Source of the DNA: Lama guanicoe | Lineage: Eukaryota | Length of the DNA: 64,000 nucleotides | Assembly (NCBI GenBank): GCA_013239625.1 | Contig: MU055753.1 | Span: 3,768,153-3,832,152 of the forward strand | Direction of reading: 5' to 3' | In this document: piece by piece, positions 16,824 to 28,439 of the stretch | Position numbering within the stretch: the stretch's first letter is position 1 | Layout of the letters: every line of letters begins with the position of its first letter | Position numbers and translations under genes: made by a program | Notes under the pieces: generated by a model | Told to the model about the DNA's origin: nothing | Databases searched by the model: none | The model's input: the letters and a program-made list of their open reading frames with translations, nothing else

Positions 16824-17000
16824 GGGGTGCTCCATGTGAGAGGTGCTCCAGGTGAGGGGTTCTCCAGATGAGGTGATGCTCCAGGTGAGAGATTCTTCAG
16901 GTGAGAGGTGTTCCAGGTGAGGAGTGCTTCAGGTGAGGGGTGCTCTAGGTGAAGGGTGCTCCAGGTGAAGTGTGCTCCAGGTGAGAGATGCTCCAGGTGA
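16824..17000 (+). repeat. Minisatellite, 11 degenerate copies of a 16-bp unit (consensus about GRGGTGCTCCAGGTGA)
   Basis: Units counted directly at 16824, 16840, 16856, 16872 (17 bp), 16889, 16905, 16921, 16937, 16953, 16969 and 16985. Confidence 0.9.
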
Positions 17001-18349
17001 GGAACATGGTGCCTCCTTGGAAAGCCAGTGTAGCTGAAGCTCTAAGAGCAAGGGGCCAAGTACAGGGCAAGGCTTCAGGCCAACAGTGACAGAGACTCAG
17101 GGCTTTGCAGGCTGCAGCAAAGAGCAGAGGGAGCCCTGGGAGCATGGGGACCAAACATGCCTGTAAAGTGACCCCTCTACAACTAGAACAGGTGGGGCAG
17201 GGGGAAGAGGAGCCCCACAGTAGTGTTTCATGTCCCTCTAAGCAAGTGCTCAGATTCTCCCAAGGCAAGTGACCTCTCGACCCCCTCAAATCACCAAGTG
17301 AAACCCTGCCCACCAGTCAGGACACCATCTACACCAGGGTCCATGCTGACCCACGCCTGCACACATTGGGTGGAGGCTGAGCTGGAAGGCCAAACTTCCA
17401 GACCCACACACTGGAGGGAATGGGACAACAAACACTCTCCCAGTCACCTCAAAGTCTTCAGGCAACCCACCCTGCCTGCCCAGGCCAAGCCTCCTCCTAT
17501 GGTCAGCGTCAGTGAGACTGTGACTCTGCAGTCAGCCACATGGGAGAACTGCCTTCACCCCATCCAGTGTGCCACACACAGCAAGAGTGGCACAATGCCC
17601 CTCAAACCAGCCAGGGTCAGACCAGCCTGGTTCCCCCTCCCGCTGCCCTCCCCTTACACCAGCCTCACTGGGCCCCACTTCCTGTCAAAATGTTGCAGAC
17701 ACCAGCTGGTTTCATTTCTATTAAGGCTGTCTCAAGGGGGCTGTCTCTCAGCTCTGAGGCCCTTCTCTGATGCAAAGAACCCACTTTGCTCTCCTCACAC
17801 CTGTTCCCTCTGCCATCTCTGCTCCCAGGAGACCCCAGAATGGACAGCGTTAGCTTCTGTCCTCTGTCCTGGGCCGGCTTGGAGGCCTGGTGTCCCCAGT
17901 GGCCCAGACAGAGCCCTCCACACCCTCCCACCACACCCCACCCCACCCTCTTTCCCAGTCTGTCCAGACTAAGCTGCCACCACTGAGACCTCCAGTCCCT
18001 TCCAGAGGGTACTCGCCAGGCTCCTTAAGGCCTCGGGACCTTTGCACACCCCTCCCTGGACAACTTTCTCTGCCCTCCCACCCTTGGGGGTCTCAGCTCT
18101 GGTGTCATGTCCTCAGGAACTCCACTACCACCATCACTCTCCTGGGGTCACCATTCCGTGGCTCTCTTACTTTCATCGTACTCATCACTTTCTGAAATGA
18201 TCTCCTGGTCACTTGTTTCTGGCTTTGCAGGTGTGCAACTGTGTTCCCCACTGAGGGAGGTTCCTGCGCCTGGCACCCAGCAGGTGCGCAGATGAGGGCC
18301 CTGAAGGGAGCCTCACCTTCTGCTCCGCAGGAGGAGCCAGGAGGAAGAG

Positions 18350-19121
18350 GGTCGGACCGTTCGCTCACCCCTGGGCCAACCGCTGGCGCCCAAGGGCTCG
18401 AGTCCTTTTCGCCCCTCAGGATTTGGGGTTCCCCACCGCTTCACACAGGCAGAGCTTGCTCCGGGCCCGCTCTCCGGCCGCGCGCCCTGACTTACTCGGC
18501 CCTCCCCTCCCGGCCATGCGCCCGGGTTTGTTATTGTGCGAGCGCCCGTGGCGAGGGAGGGCAGGGGTGCAAGCCGCGCTGGCGCGTGCCCGTGGGCACC
18601 GCGGCGGGAGCGCGCTGTGCGCGCGGCAGGGCGGGGCGGGGCGGGGCTGGCGAGGCCGGGCTTAGCATCCTCGGCGCCCCCGCCCGGGCTCGCCAAACCG
18701 GATTGGCTCCTGGCGCCGGGAGCGCGCAAAGGCGCGGCGCGTAAGGCTGGGTGTGGGGCGCGCGCGGCGCCTCCGGCGGCCGCGGAGGAGCGCTGGGAGG
18801 AGGGCGGAGGAGGAGCGCGGGGAGGACGAGGGGAGGGAGGAGGTGCTCTCCTGGCTCCCTGCAAAGCGGCCTTATTTATCTGGGCACAGCCTCAGCCTCC
18901 CCGGTGGGAGGCTCGGGGCGGCCGATCCTCTCCCACTGGGGAGTTCCTCTCGGAGCGCGGCCGAGGGGGCCGGCCAGGCCGGGGCGCGGGGCGCGGCCGG
19001 GCCCTGCCGGCCAGGCCAGCACCTCGGCCGCCTCCCCGCTTCGCCGGTGCGCATGCCGGGCTCCCCATGACGGGAGGACGCCCGGTGGACAGCGTGGCAT
19101 GAGCCAGGAGCCCGGGCCGAG
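18350..19121 (+). promoter_or_regulatory. FBXL16 CpG-island promoter and probable non-coding exon 1 (donor after 19121)
   Basis: Strong CpG island with GGGGCGGGG boxes, an ATTGG near 18702 and a consensus donor GAG|GTAAGG at 19121/19122, about 6.2 kb upstream of the coding exon. Confidence 0.7.
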
Positions 19122-22100
19122 GTAAGGTGTGTGTGCCGGGCCAGGCTACAGGGCAGGGAGGAGGCCAGGCCACAACACCGTGGATACTACAATGAGGAGG
19201 GGGTGGGGAGGGGGCTTGGGACAGCGCCGCCGCTGCCACCCCCAGAGGGCTTACGTAACCGCAGCCCCTTCCCTGGCTGCTGCAGCTGGGCCTCTGGCCC
19301 TGCCAGACCTTCCCACAGCCCTTCACCCCAGTGGCCCGCCTGGTCGAGACTCGATCCCCATGGCAACTGGACCTGGGCTGTAGGTTGGTGCCACCTGACT
19401 GTGGCCCTGTGGAAGCTGAATTGCAGACCCCCAGCTGGGCTGCTTGGGTGAGGTCCTGGACCCGACTGCACTCTGGGTTCCCCACCCCAGCACCATGAGC
19501 CCTGGGCCTGTGAGACAGGTGTTAGGTACAATTACACTACCGGAGGAGCTTGTGGACGCTTGGCCTGGAGCTGATCTGCCCCTGGACACCTCCTGGACCC
19601 AACCCTGTGTGGAGCTGCCACAGTGGGAGAACAAGGGGAAGGGAGGGAGCTGGCCATGTGCCTGGTTCTGGAGGAGGGCTGGGAGCTGACCAAGGCTGGA
19701 GGGCCCCAGAAGGAGGACTGGGCACTCTGAGACTTGCTGGGGGGAGTCCTGTCTTTCTGGAAGTTTGAGTGGATGGGGAAAGTCCCCCACTTATGACCCC
19801 AGAAGGAGAGGAGGCCTGGCTGCTGGAGCCTCAGGGAAGCCATGGGCCAGTGGCCACTCCTCCAGCCCCTCCCAGCATCTGCACAGGAAGCTTTCCCTCC
19901 ATGGAAGGAGCAGATGGCGGATGCTGCTTCACCTGCCACTTCCCAGGACCCACTGACCAGGCTCAGCTCAGGCCTCCCTGTGCCAACCGGGGCATAGGGC
20001 CTCTTCTCCCAGCAGACGCCTTTGAGGACTACTAGAGAGCATCCTTGGAGAAGGCCTGGGTTGGGTTGGGACCCTGAGAGTTTTGGGGTCCCACAGACCA
20101 GGGAGGAGGACTGTTGGAGACCTACTGGCCCAGCAGGAGGTGGCCACAGGGCTGGACCAAGAGCTGTCTGGGGAGGAGGGAAATTCAAGCCCCAGTCATA
20201 AACATGGTCAGTGCAAAGAGGGCTGTTTGGGCCCCAGGGGATCCCAACACTCATCTGGCCCAGTGCCTGCCACCTGCACTGCCTAGTGCCCCCACCTCTA
20301 CTACCCCTTGGGCCAGGCCTACAAGCACCTTTAATGCTATGGAGGTTCACTGGACAGATCCCATCCTCCAGCTTACATCCACTTCCAGGCTACTTGGGCG
20401 AGTCCTATCTCCCACTGGTCAGAAGGAAACAAGTGGCCTCTGAGGTCAGGGGACCTAGGACACTCAGGACAGCTGGGTCTGGCCTCAGGAAGGACTGCAT
20501 GGCTGAGAGCCAGGGAGACATCTCACCCAGAGGTCGGGGAAGGAGTTCCTTGGCTAGCACAGCTTAGCTGTTGGCCGCCCCTGTCTTGTCACACGTAGGA
20601 GCTTGCTGCTGTGTCTCAGAGGTCTGACGTAGGGGGAAAGTGGAGGTGGTGCCAAAGGAAACTGTGGGGTAAGTGGGTGACCCAGAACCTTCCCTACCAG
20701 TGGCCCAGGATGAGCCCTAGGCAGACCAGCTGCAGAGAGTGGGCTCAGGCCACATTCCTTCGTCTGGGAGGGTTTGGGGCAGCCACCCAAAGCAGCAGGG
20801 ACTGGAAGGGGGCTCATTTCCTTCAGAGCAGAGGGGCCAAGATGAGGTCTGGAGCCCAGGGTCCACTCCCCAAGGTGCCCACAGTCCCATACGGCTGAGC
20901 TGCCATGACTTTGGCCACAGGACTCAGTCTGCTGGAGCACCAGCTCAGGTCTCCCTCAAGGCCCACATGCTCCATTCCCAGAGCCCCTGGTGCATGGGTG
21001 GGGAAGCCTGCACCTCAGAAGCATCTCCAAGCTGGGGGCGGGAGGGTTGCGCTGCTGCAAGGACATGTGCAAAGTGGCAGGGATGTGAATGTGCCTGAGT
21101 CACGGGGCTTGTCATGGAATGTGTCAGCCTGCAGTGTGTCCCCAATCCCAAGATACCTCAGGTGTCACCCCAGACCCTGGGGCTGCCACTGCAGATGGAC
21201 CTGATGTAAGTTTTTCTGGCTCCCCACTTGTGGTCTGGAGGCATACGAAGGGCTCAGACAGCAATGGGGAGGTGGACTTGGTGCTGGGAGAGCAGGACAG
21301 GACCAGGCTTCCCTCCTTTCTGGTGCTTCCTGTCCCCTTCCCCTTAGGTCTGGCCAGATTATGTGGGACAGGCAGCCAGCTTCCTAACCCTGCAGCACTC
21401 AGTGGGGTACTCAGCCAAAAAGGAGACCTGAGCCATCCTCTTCCCAAGGGTCTGAATAATGGCAAGGCCCACCTCAAGCCCCAGGGTCTTGTGAGACTTC
21501 CCAGAGACTCTGACACCAGCCCAGCCCCAACCCCAGTGGCCCCCCTCCCATGTGGACACTGGCCTCTGTCACAACCAAGATTGACAAGTTGAACTACAGC
21601 TCTTGCATTGACTGCCCTCCATCCTGCTTCCTGGGCCTCTGGCAGCTGCACCCCTTTCTGCATGACCCTGATAAATGAACTGCCATTCTTCATTCATTCA
21701 GCAAACTGCCAGAGGCCACTCAGCCATTGTGCTGTCTGTCCTCAAGGAGTCGCCAGCCAAGGGGAGAAGTAGGCAGGTAGATAGTGATGACAGAGACTCT
21801 GGAGATGTGGGGGTCCCACAGGGAGAGGCAGGGGCAGTACTCACACTGAAGATGCAAGAGAACGAGCTTGCAGGGTTAAGGAGTAGGGAGGTCTACTGAA
21901 CAAGCAGGGGAACCAGCTTGTGCCCAGGCAGAGAGGGGGAGGGAAGGAGGAATGCAGTACCGGGGTCTGGCTGGACTTTAGGGTCAGGGATGGAAAGGAA
22001 CTGGAAGTGAGGCTGTAAGGTGGACTTGCTGGGTCTCAGGGCCCAGTGACTTGACCTGCAAAAGAGGCAGCTCCTTAGGAAGTCCCACATGGTGATCTGC

Positions 22101-23334
22101 AGACTGTCAGCCAGGAAGCCACCAAGTTCTGAAGTCCTCCCAGGAGTCCCCAGGACCCCATCATGCTCCCTAGGTCCACTCTGGCCCCCATGCTTGACAT
22201 GAGTCAGCTGGGGAAACTCAGAGACCATGGTCAGCTCTCCCAAGTGGTACCCTGATCCAGCTCTGGCTCAGGCTGGTGGGGACAAAACAACTAAAGTAGT
22301 GACCAGCATCTCCTGTCTTCCCCTGGAATGAACCCAGGAATCTCTAATCCCCGCAGCCCATCCCAGGAGGGGACCTCCCTCAGAATTCCACCCTGCACAG
22401 ACACAACACACCAGGGGCTGATGGCCAAGTGCAAACTTGGCCATCTTTGTTTTTAAAGCCCCTTTTCCTGGTTTTAGCTCCTGGTGCTTGTCCCAAAGTG
22501 GGGAGATAGTCCCCAGTGGACTGACAGCTGCCCCTGCCCCATCCTGGCAAGAAAATCCAAGCAGGTCTTCCTAACCCCACAGGGTACAGTGGGGTCAGTC
22601 ACAGGTACCAAGAAGATAGGGGGCTCTGCAACCTGTCTGGCTGGGTGGGTGGGGCCAGGCCAGGAGAGGAGCCCTCATCTCAGCCTCCCAGGGACCTCTT
22701 GCCTAACTGGCAGGAAGAGCCATCTGTGACATGAGCTCAGGACTGAGGCTAGGTCAATGAGCCTGGAGTATAGGGAGCATCTGGAGCACAGCAAGACTAT
22801 GGACAAGATTGTAGAGCAGCAAGGCTGCCTCCAGGGAGGCAGCTCCAATCTAGGGTGGGGGGGAAGGGTTGAGGAAGGAGAATTTACCTACAGGCAGGCC
22901 AGTGCCTACTGGCCTGGGATGGGGGTGTGGGACAAGCGGCCTCAGACACTCCCCACAGGCTGCTGAGGGCCATGTTTGGCTTGGCCCTTCCCTCCCTTGA
23001 GCTCTCTTCCATGGGCCACCTCGACCCAGAGGCCTGGAGGGTGGGATGAGACTGTGGGTGTATGCAAATGTGAGTTCCCGCGGGGGATGCGGAGGGAGCC
23101 CCGCAGATGCCCGGGGCATACACGTGATCCCGTCAACTCAGGCACTCCACGTGCACACCCATGGCTCAGAGCATTTTCAACCTAAATCGGTACTGCTCTT
23201 GAGTTATTTCTCCCCTGGTGCCGCCTCCGCCGCCTCCTCGGAATGTTAGCCGAGCGGGCGTCCCCTCCCCGCTCCCTCCAGCCTCCAGGGCCCCTCCCTG
23301 CTGAGCTGGGTTTGCCAGGCCATCCCGAGGTCCT

Positions 23335-23426
23335 GCCGCTGTCCGTGGTGGAGCGGGCGGGCCGGGCCGGGCCTGGCCTCCGAGCCCCCGGAAGGCGGCT
23401 GGAGGGGTGCTGTCCATGGTGCTGCC
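23335..23426. promoter_or_regulatory. Paired REST/NRSF RE1 elements in FBXL16 intron 1
   Basis: GGTGCTGTCCATGGTGCTGCC (23406-23426) closely matches the RE1 reverse consensus GGCGCTGTCCGTGGTGCTGAA. A weaker copy, GCCGCTGTCCGTGGTGGAGCG, lies at 23335-23355. Confidence 0.75.
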
Positions 23427-24589
23427 GGCAGGCGTCAGGCAGGCCGCGCCCGGTCTGTGGCAAGCCGGCGTGCCCTGCTTCGGGGACACAGAAGGTATTC
23501 AAACTGGGGCTGCCTCTCTGTACCCAGCATAGTTCACAGGAGGGAGTTGCCAGGACAGCCTCACCCCTGGCCCCAGGAGTGGAGGGGGACAGTCGTAGGC
23601 TTCATCCTGTCCCAACATGAGGCACTGCTGTCCCATCATGGTCCCCTCCTATGTACTGGCATTAAGGGATCTGGAGCAGCCCTCATGTCAGGCTGTCCCT
23701 GCCACTGTGGGCAAACTGTAACTCTTGGGAGCCTCAGGCTCCTAATCTGAAAACGGTGGTAACAGTAGTGCCCCCGCCAGGGCTGCTGTGAGATTGAAAT
23801 ATACAATTATCCCAGTGGGCATTCAGCAAACGTTGTTATGGATGTCCCGTATCGGCCAGTGTGAACAAGAGTGGTCATGAGCTGCAGTAGGGGCATCCAG
23901 GGTGTGGGAGCCTCCTCTGGGGAAGGAGGACCCAGGGTGTACTGCAGGCCGGGAGGTTCATGGCTACCAGGGCAGGAAGACCTTTGGACCCAAAGGTTGT
24001 GGTTTGGCAGCCACAAGGGCCACGTATTTCAGGAAGACCCTTGGTCCCAGGCCAGGATGCACCCCCTCCCCAGACATGGAATGCTGGCAAGTATTGTCCT
24101 GTCCAGGGCTTGGAAGCCAGTGGAGGGCATGGCGCTGGGAAGAGCCAGGCGGGACCACGGGCTTCCCCCATTCCTGGTGACTCCCGTCCTCTTCCCCTCT
24201 CGCCAGCAGGCTCACTACAAGCCATGCACTACACTTTGTCCTTTTCCCACACTGTCCCATGAGGCGATATCATCACCTCCTAGGCTTTGAAGTGAGGAAA
24301 GTGAGGCATGGAGAAGGGAAGTGGCTCACCGAGGCTATACAGCCAGGGTGGGGTGAGCCACGGGGTACATTACTTTCTTGCTGAATGTCTGAGGTAGGGA
24401 CAGGCAGGAGATCTAGAATGAAGAATAGATGATGGCATTGTGAGGGTCCCACTGCCCCTTGTCTCCAGGGTCATCTGTGCCTAGTGAACTCTGCCAACCA
24501 TTCACAGCCTCAGAGGCCTGAGGAAGGGAGCTGGGTGGTGGTCTCAGCCCCACCCTGTGGGAAGCTCCCTACACATAGCCTTCCACAGC

Positions 24590-24770
24590 CAGCTCTGTGT
24601 CTGAGTCTTGGCTCCACCACTTACTATGACCTCAGACAAGCAGTTCAGCTGCCTCAGCCGTGATTTCCTCACCTATACAATGGGTACAGTCATCATAGCA
24701 TCATCCTCAATGGTCTGAGTGAAGGATTGAAGAAATAATATTTCCAGGGCTAACTGTGCTGGATCATGGT
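24590..24770 (+). mobile_element. MIR SINE remnant; similar remnants near 11790-11855, 23710-23800, 24270-24350 and 25030-25140
   Basis: MIR core-like text: ggctccaccacttact-atgacctcagacaagc...tttcctcacctatacaatggg...gaaggattgaagaaataata. Confidence 0.6.
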
Positions 24771-25349
24771 AAACACCCCGGGAAGACACTTGCCCTTTCT
24801 TTGGGTAGATTCTGAACCACAGAACTTCCTGTAGCCACTGAGATTCTCCGAGGTTGGTGTGTGAGTTTCAGAGGGGGTACTGGAACCACTCCAGAGAGTA
24901 CCCTGGCACCCCATAGAGGAGGGACCAGAGAATGTCCCAAACCCTCAGTTCTTCAGCCCCTGCCCAGTAGAGGCAGGCCTCGCAGGCACTGACAGTAGGC
25001 ATCAGGGTAGCAAAGGCAAAGGGAGCAGTCACAGGTGAGTGTCTGTCTCCCTCAGCCTCTGTTCTCTTATCTGTAAAATGGGAGCTGTATTACCTACATG
25101 GCAAAATGTTCTGTGAGTGGGTGGAAGTTGAGCTAAGAGCATATAGAAGGTGCTCAGGGAGCGTCGTGGTCATGACCAGCCCTGCCCTCCTGTAGCTGGG
25201 GGGTGGGACTTGCACTCAGACCCCTTCTTTTGGGTGGTTCTGGGAATGATGTGGGAAGGGTTGCCCAGGGATGGAAAGGAGCCCAGCTCTACCCCGGCAG
25301 CAAACTCACTCCCCCTTCCTGGATCCTGTCTGCAGACCGAGTGAGGAAG

Positions 25350-28300
25350 ATGTCGAGCCCGGGCATCAACGGCGATCCCAAGCCTCCATGCTTGCCTCGC
25401 AATGGTTTGGTGAAGCTGCCAGGCCAGCCCAACGGCCTGGGCACAGCCAGCATCACCAAGGGCACACCGGCTGCCAAGAACCGACCCTGTCACCCACCCC
25501 CACTCTCCCTCCCACCACCCAGCCTGGCTGCCCCGCCGCCCCGGGCTGCCCTGGCCGGGGGCCTATGCCCCCCGGCGGGGCTCCCCCTTGGTGGACCAGC
25601 CTCAGCTCCGGTGCCTGGGCCCCCAGCAGAACGGCCACCACTGGCCACCGACGAGAAAATCCTCAATGGCCTCTTCTGGTACTTCTCTGCCTGCGAGAAG
25701 TGCGTGCTGGCTCAGGTGTGCAAGGCCTGGAGGCGTGTGCTCTATCAGCCCAAGTTCTGGGCGGGCCTCACACCTGTGCTGCACGCCAAGGAGCTCTACA
25801 CAGTGCTGCCTGGAGGTGAGAAGGAATTTGTGAGCCTGCAGGGCTTTGCAGCACGCGGCTTTGAGGGTTTCTGCCTGGTTGGAGTCTCCGACCTGGACAT
25901 CTGTGAGTTCATCGACAACTATGCCCTCTCCAAGAAGGGTGTCAAGGCCATGAGCCTCAAGCGTTCCACCATCACTGACGCTGGCCTGGAGGTGCGCCCT
26001 GACACTGGCCTGGAAGGGGCAGGGATCAGGGGCAGGGGCAGGCAGCAACCACTAAGCATGTGTTGGGGGGAAGTGGGAGGCAGCACCGAGAGGAAGCTTG
26101 GGCACCAAGCAGCAAAGCAGCCAAGGGCGGGGCTGGTGCCCTGAGGAGGAGCATGGCTCTGGGGTGAGGAACTGTCTACATAATTTGGGGGGATCCAGTC
26201 CAAACTGAAAAGTCAGGTCCCATGTTCCAAGATGACTAAGAATTTCAAGCCAGTGACAGCAAAGTAGCCAATTAAATGTGAGGCCCTTCTGAGCTCAGGG
26301 CCCTGCATGCCTCTGAAGCCCACTGTGGGTTGGGAGGATGCTGGAGGAGGTAGGAGGAGTAGGGGCAGAGGTTGGAGGAGCAGCTGTGCAGGACCTAGAC
26401 TCTAAAAATCAAATCATTAACACCAACGGCTCTGAGCACCTACTCCAGCCAGGCCCTGGGCTCCCAGATCTCCTGTGGCCTGCCTCCTTTTTTGAATGTT
26501 GTTCAGGTGTAATGAACACACTGTAAGTGCACTAGTCAGCATACAGCTTGATGCATGTTTACACCATCTACGTGCTCAAGAACACAGCTTCCTGCCCCTC
26601 AGTGGGCTCCTTCTGCCCTGACTCCTACCATCCTCACCACGCCTTGCAGGGAGGGGCTCACCTGGGGAAACGGTGGTAGGCTTCTACAAAGGCGAGGGCG
26701 AGGTTGAGGCCTCCTGACCCCATGCCTGCCCGCCTGCAGGTGATGCTGGAGCAGATGCAAGGTGTGGTGCGCCTTGAGCTGTCGGGCTGCAACGACTTCA
26801 CCGAGGCTGGGCTGTGGTCCAGCCTGAGTGCTCGCATCACCTCGCTGAGCGTGAGCGACTGCATCAATGTGGCCGACGACGCTATTGCAGCCATCTCACA
26901 GCTGCTGCCCAACCTGGCCGAGCTGAGCTTGCAGGCCTACCACGTGACGGACACAGCGCTGGCCTACTTCACGGCGCGCCAAGGCCACAGCACACACACG
27001 CTGCGCCTCCTCTCCTGCTGGGAGATCACCAACCACGGTGTGGTCAATGTGGTGCACAGCCTGCCCAATCTCACTGCTCTCAGCCTCTCTGGCTGCTCCA
27101 AGGTCACCGATGATGGCGTGGAGCTTGTAGCCGAGAACCTGCGCAAGCTACGCAGCCTCGACCTCTCGTGGTGCCCACGCATCACCGACATGGCTCTCGA
27201 GTACGTGGCCTGCGATCTGCACCGCCTGGAGGAGCTTGTGCTGGACAGGTATGCATATCCCCCATCCTGGGGCTGTGGAGGGCAGGGCTGGGTGAGGGTT
27301 ACTGGACCTTCTAACTAGGGAGCCTCGAGTAGTGGACAGGCCTGTAGCTAGAGTAGGGCTGCGGCTAGGGAGGCGGGGCCCTGATAAGACGCCAGCCAAG
27401 TGAGGGCAGGGCTGAGCTGTGTCCTCTGGAGTAGAGAATAGCACTCAGTGACCAGGTAGGGGTGAAGCCTGGCTGGGATGGGGCTATGGAAAGGGCGGGG
27501 CCATGGTGGGGAGGTGGGGAGTTCACGCCAGGGGCACTCCAGAAAAAGAAGGAAGGGGTCGAAACTGAGGGGCTGGGCGAGGTGATTTGAAGGTGGGCAG
27601 CCCCCCTCTGTTGCGACCACAGGTGTGTACGCATCACGGACACTGGCCTCAGCTATTTGTCCACAATGTCCTCCCTCCGCAGTCTCTACCTGCGATGGTG
27701 CTGCCAGGTACCAGCCCTCCATGCCTCTGGAGATTGGGGAGTAGACAGGGGAGGTGGGGGGGCACGGGGAAATCCCCCACCCAGACAAGCAGCTGACCTG
27801 CACCCGGCCCACTCAGATCTTGTAGGGAAGTCTGGGATCCCCCACACCCATCGGCCGACATAAGCGGAGAGAAAGGAGTCCCCCGGGCCCTCACCGACTC
27901 TGTGGGGAGCTGAGAAACCCCCGTTTTGAACCCATACCCCGCCCCCTATGGCCTGACCCCAGGAATGAGGCTCCCTCAGGGAGCCAACGTAAACAAACTC
28001 GCCTCGCCCTCCCGCGCAGGTGCAGGACTTTGGGCTGAAGCACCTCCTGGCCATGAGGAGTTTGCGTCTCTTGTCTCTGGCAGGTGAGACCCCCTGGTGC
28101 CCTCCTGGACGGTGACCACCTACCCACACCTAGTCCGACTCAGCCAGCCCTGCCGGGTCCCCTGTGCAGATCCATACCTGGGGTTGACTCGCTGTGGCCC
28201 AGGTCTCAGTCCGAGGACCCCCGCCCCCGCGCCTCTCGGAGCCCCGGGCCCCGCCCACTCAGCCGCCGACCCGCCTCCCGCCCGCCGCAGGCTGCCCGCT

Positions 28301-28439
28301 GCTGACCACCACAGGGCTGTCGGGCCTGGTGCAGCTGCAGGAGCTGGAGGAGCTGGAGCTGACCAACTGCCCTGGGGCCACCCCTGAGCTCTTCAAGTAC
28401 TTCTCGCAGCACCTGCCCCGCTGCCTCGTCATCGAGTAG
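25350..28439 (+). CDS. FBXL16: FBXL16 F-box/LRR protein 16, copy 1 (482 aa)
   Basis: Exons 25350-25991, 26740-27248, 27623-27707, 28020-28083, 28291-28439 total 1449 nt in frame. [19 protein letters not shown]..., F-box [27 protein letters not shown], LRRs, C-terminus [12 protein letters not shown]. Confidence 0.96.

Noticed and set aside
16824-17000. CRISPR-like array
   Set aside because: Units are contiguous with no unique spacers and the DNA is mammalian; it is a minisatellite.
17223-17972. 249-aa ORF upstream of FBXL16 (similarly 19532-20350 on the minus strand)
   Set aside because: Non-ATG start for the first, Pro/Ser/Leu-rich low-information composition, and no splice structure or family motifs.
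25203-25349. N-terminal extension of FBXL16 suggested by the ORF track
   Set aside because: It is mostly intron sequence upstream of the acceptor at 25335/25336; the recognisable protein starts at ATG 25350.
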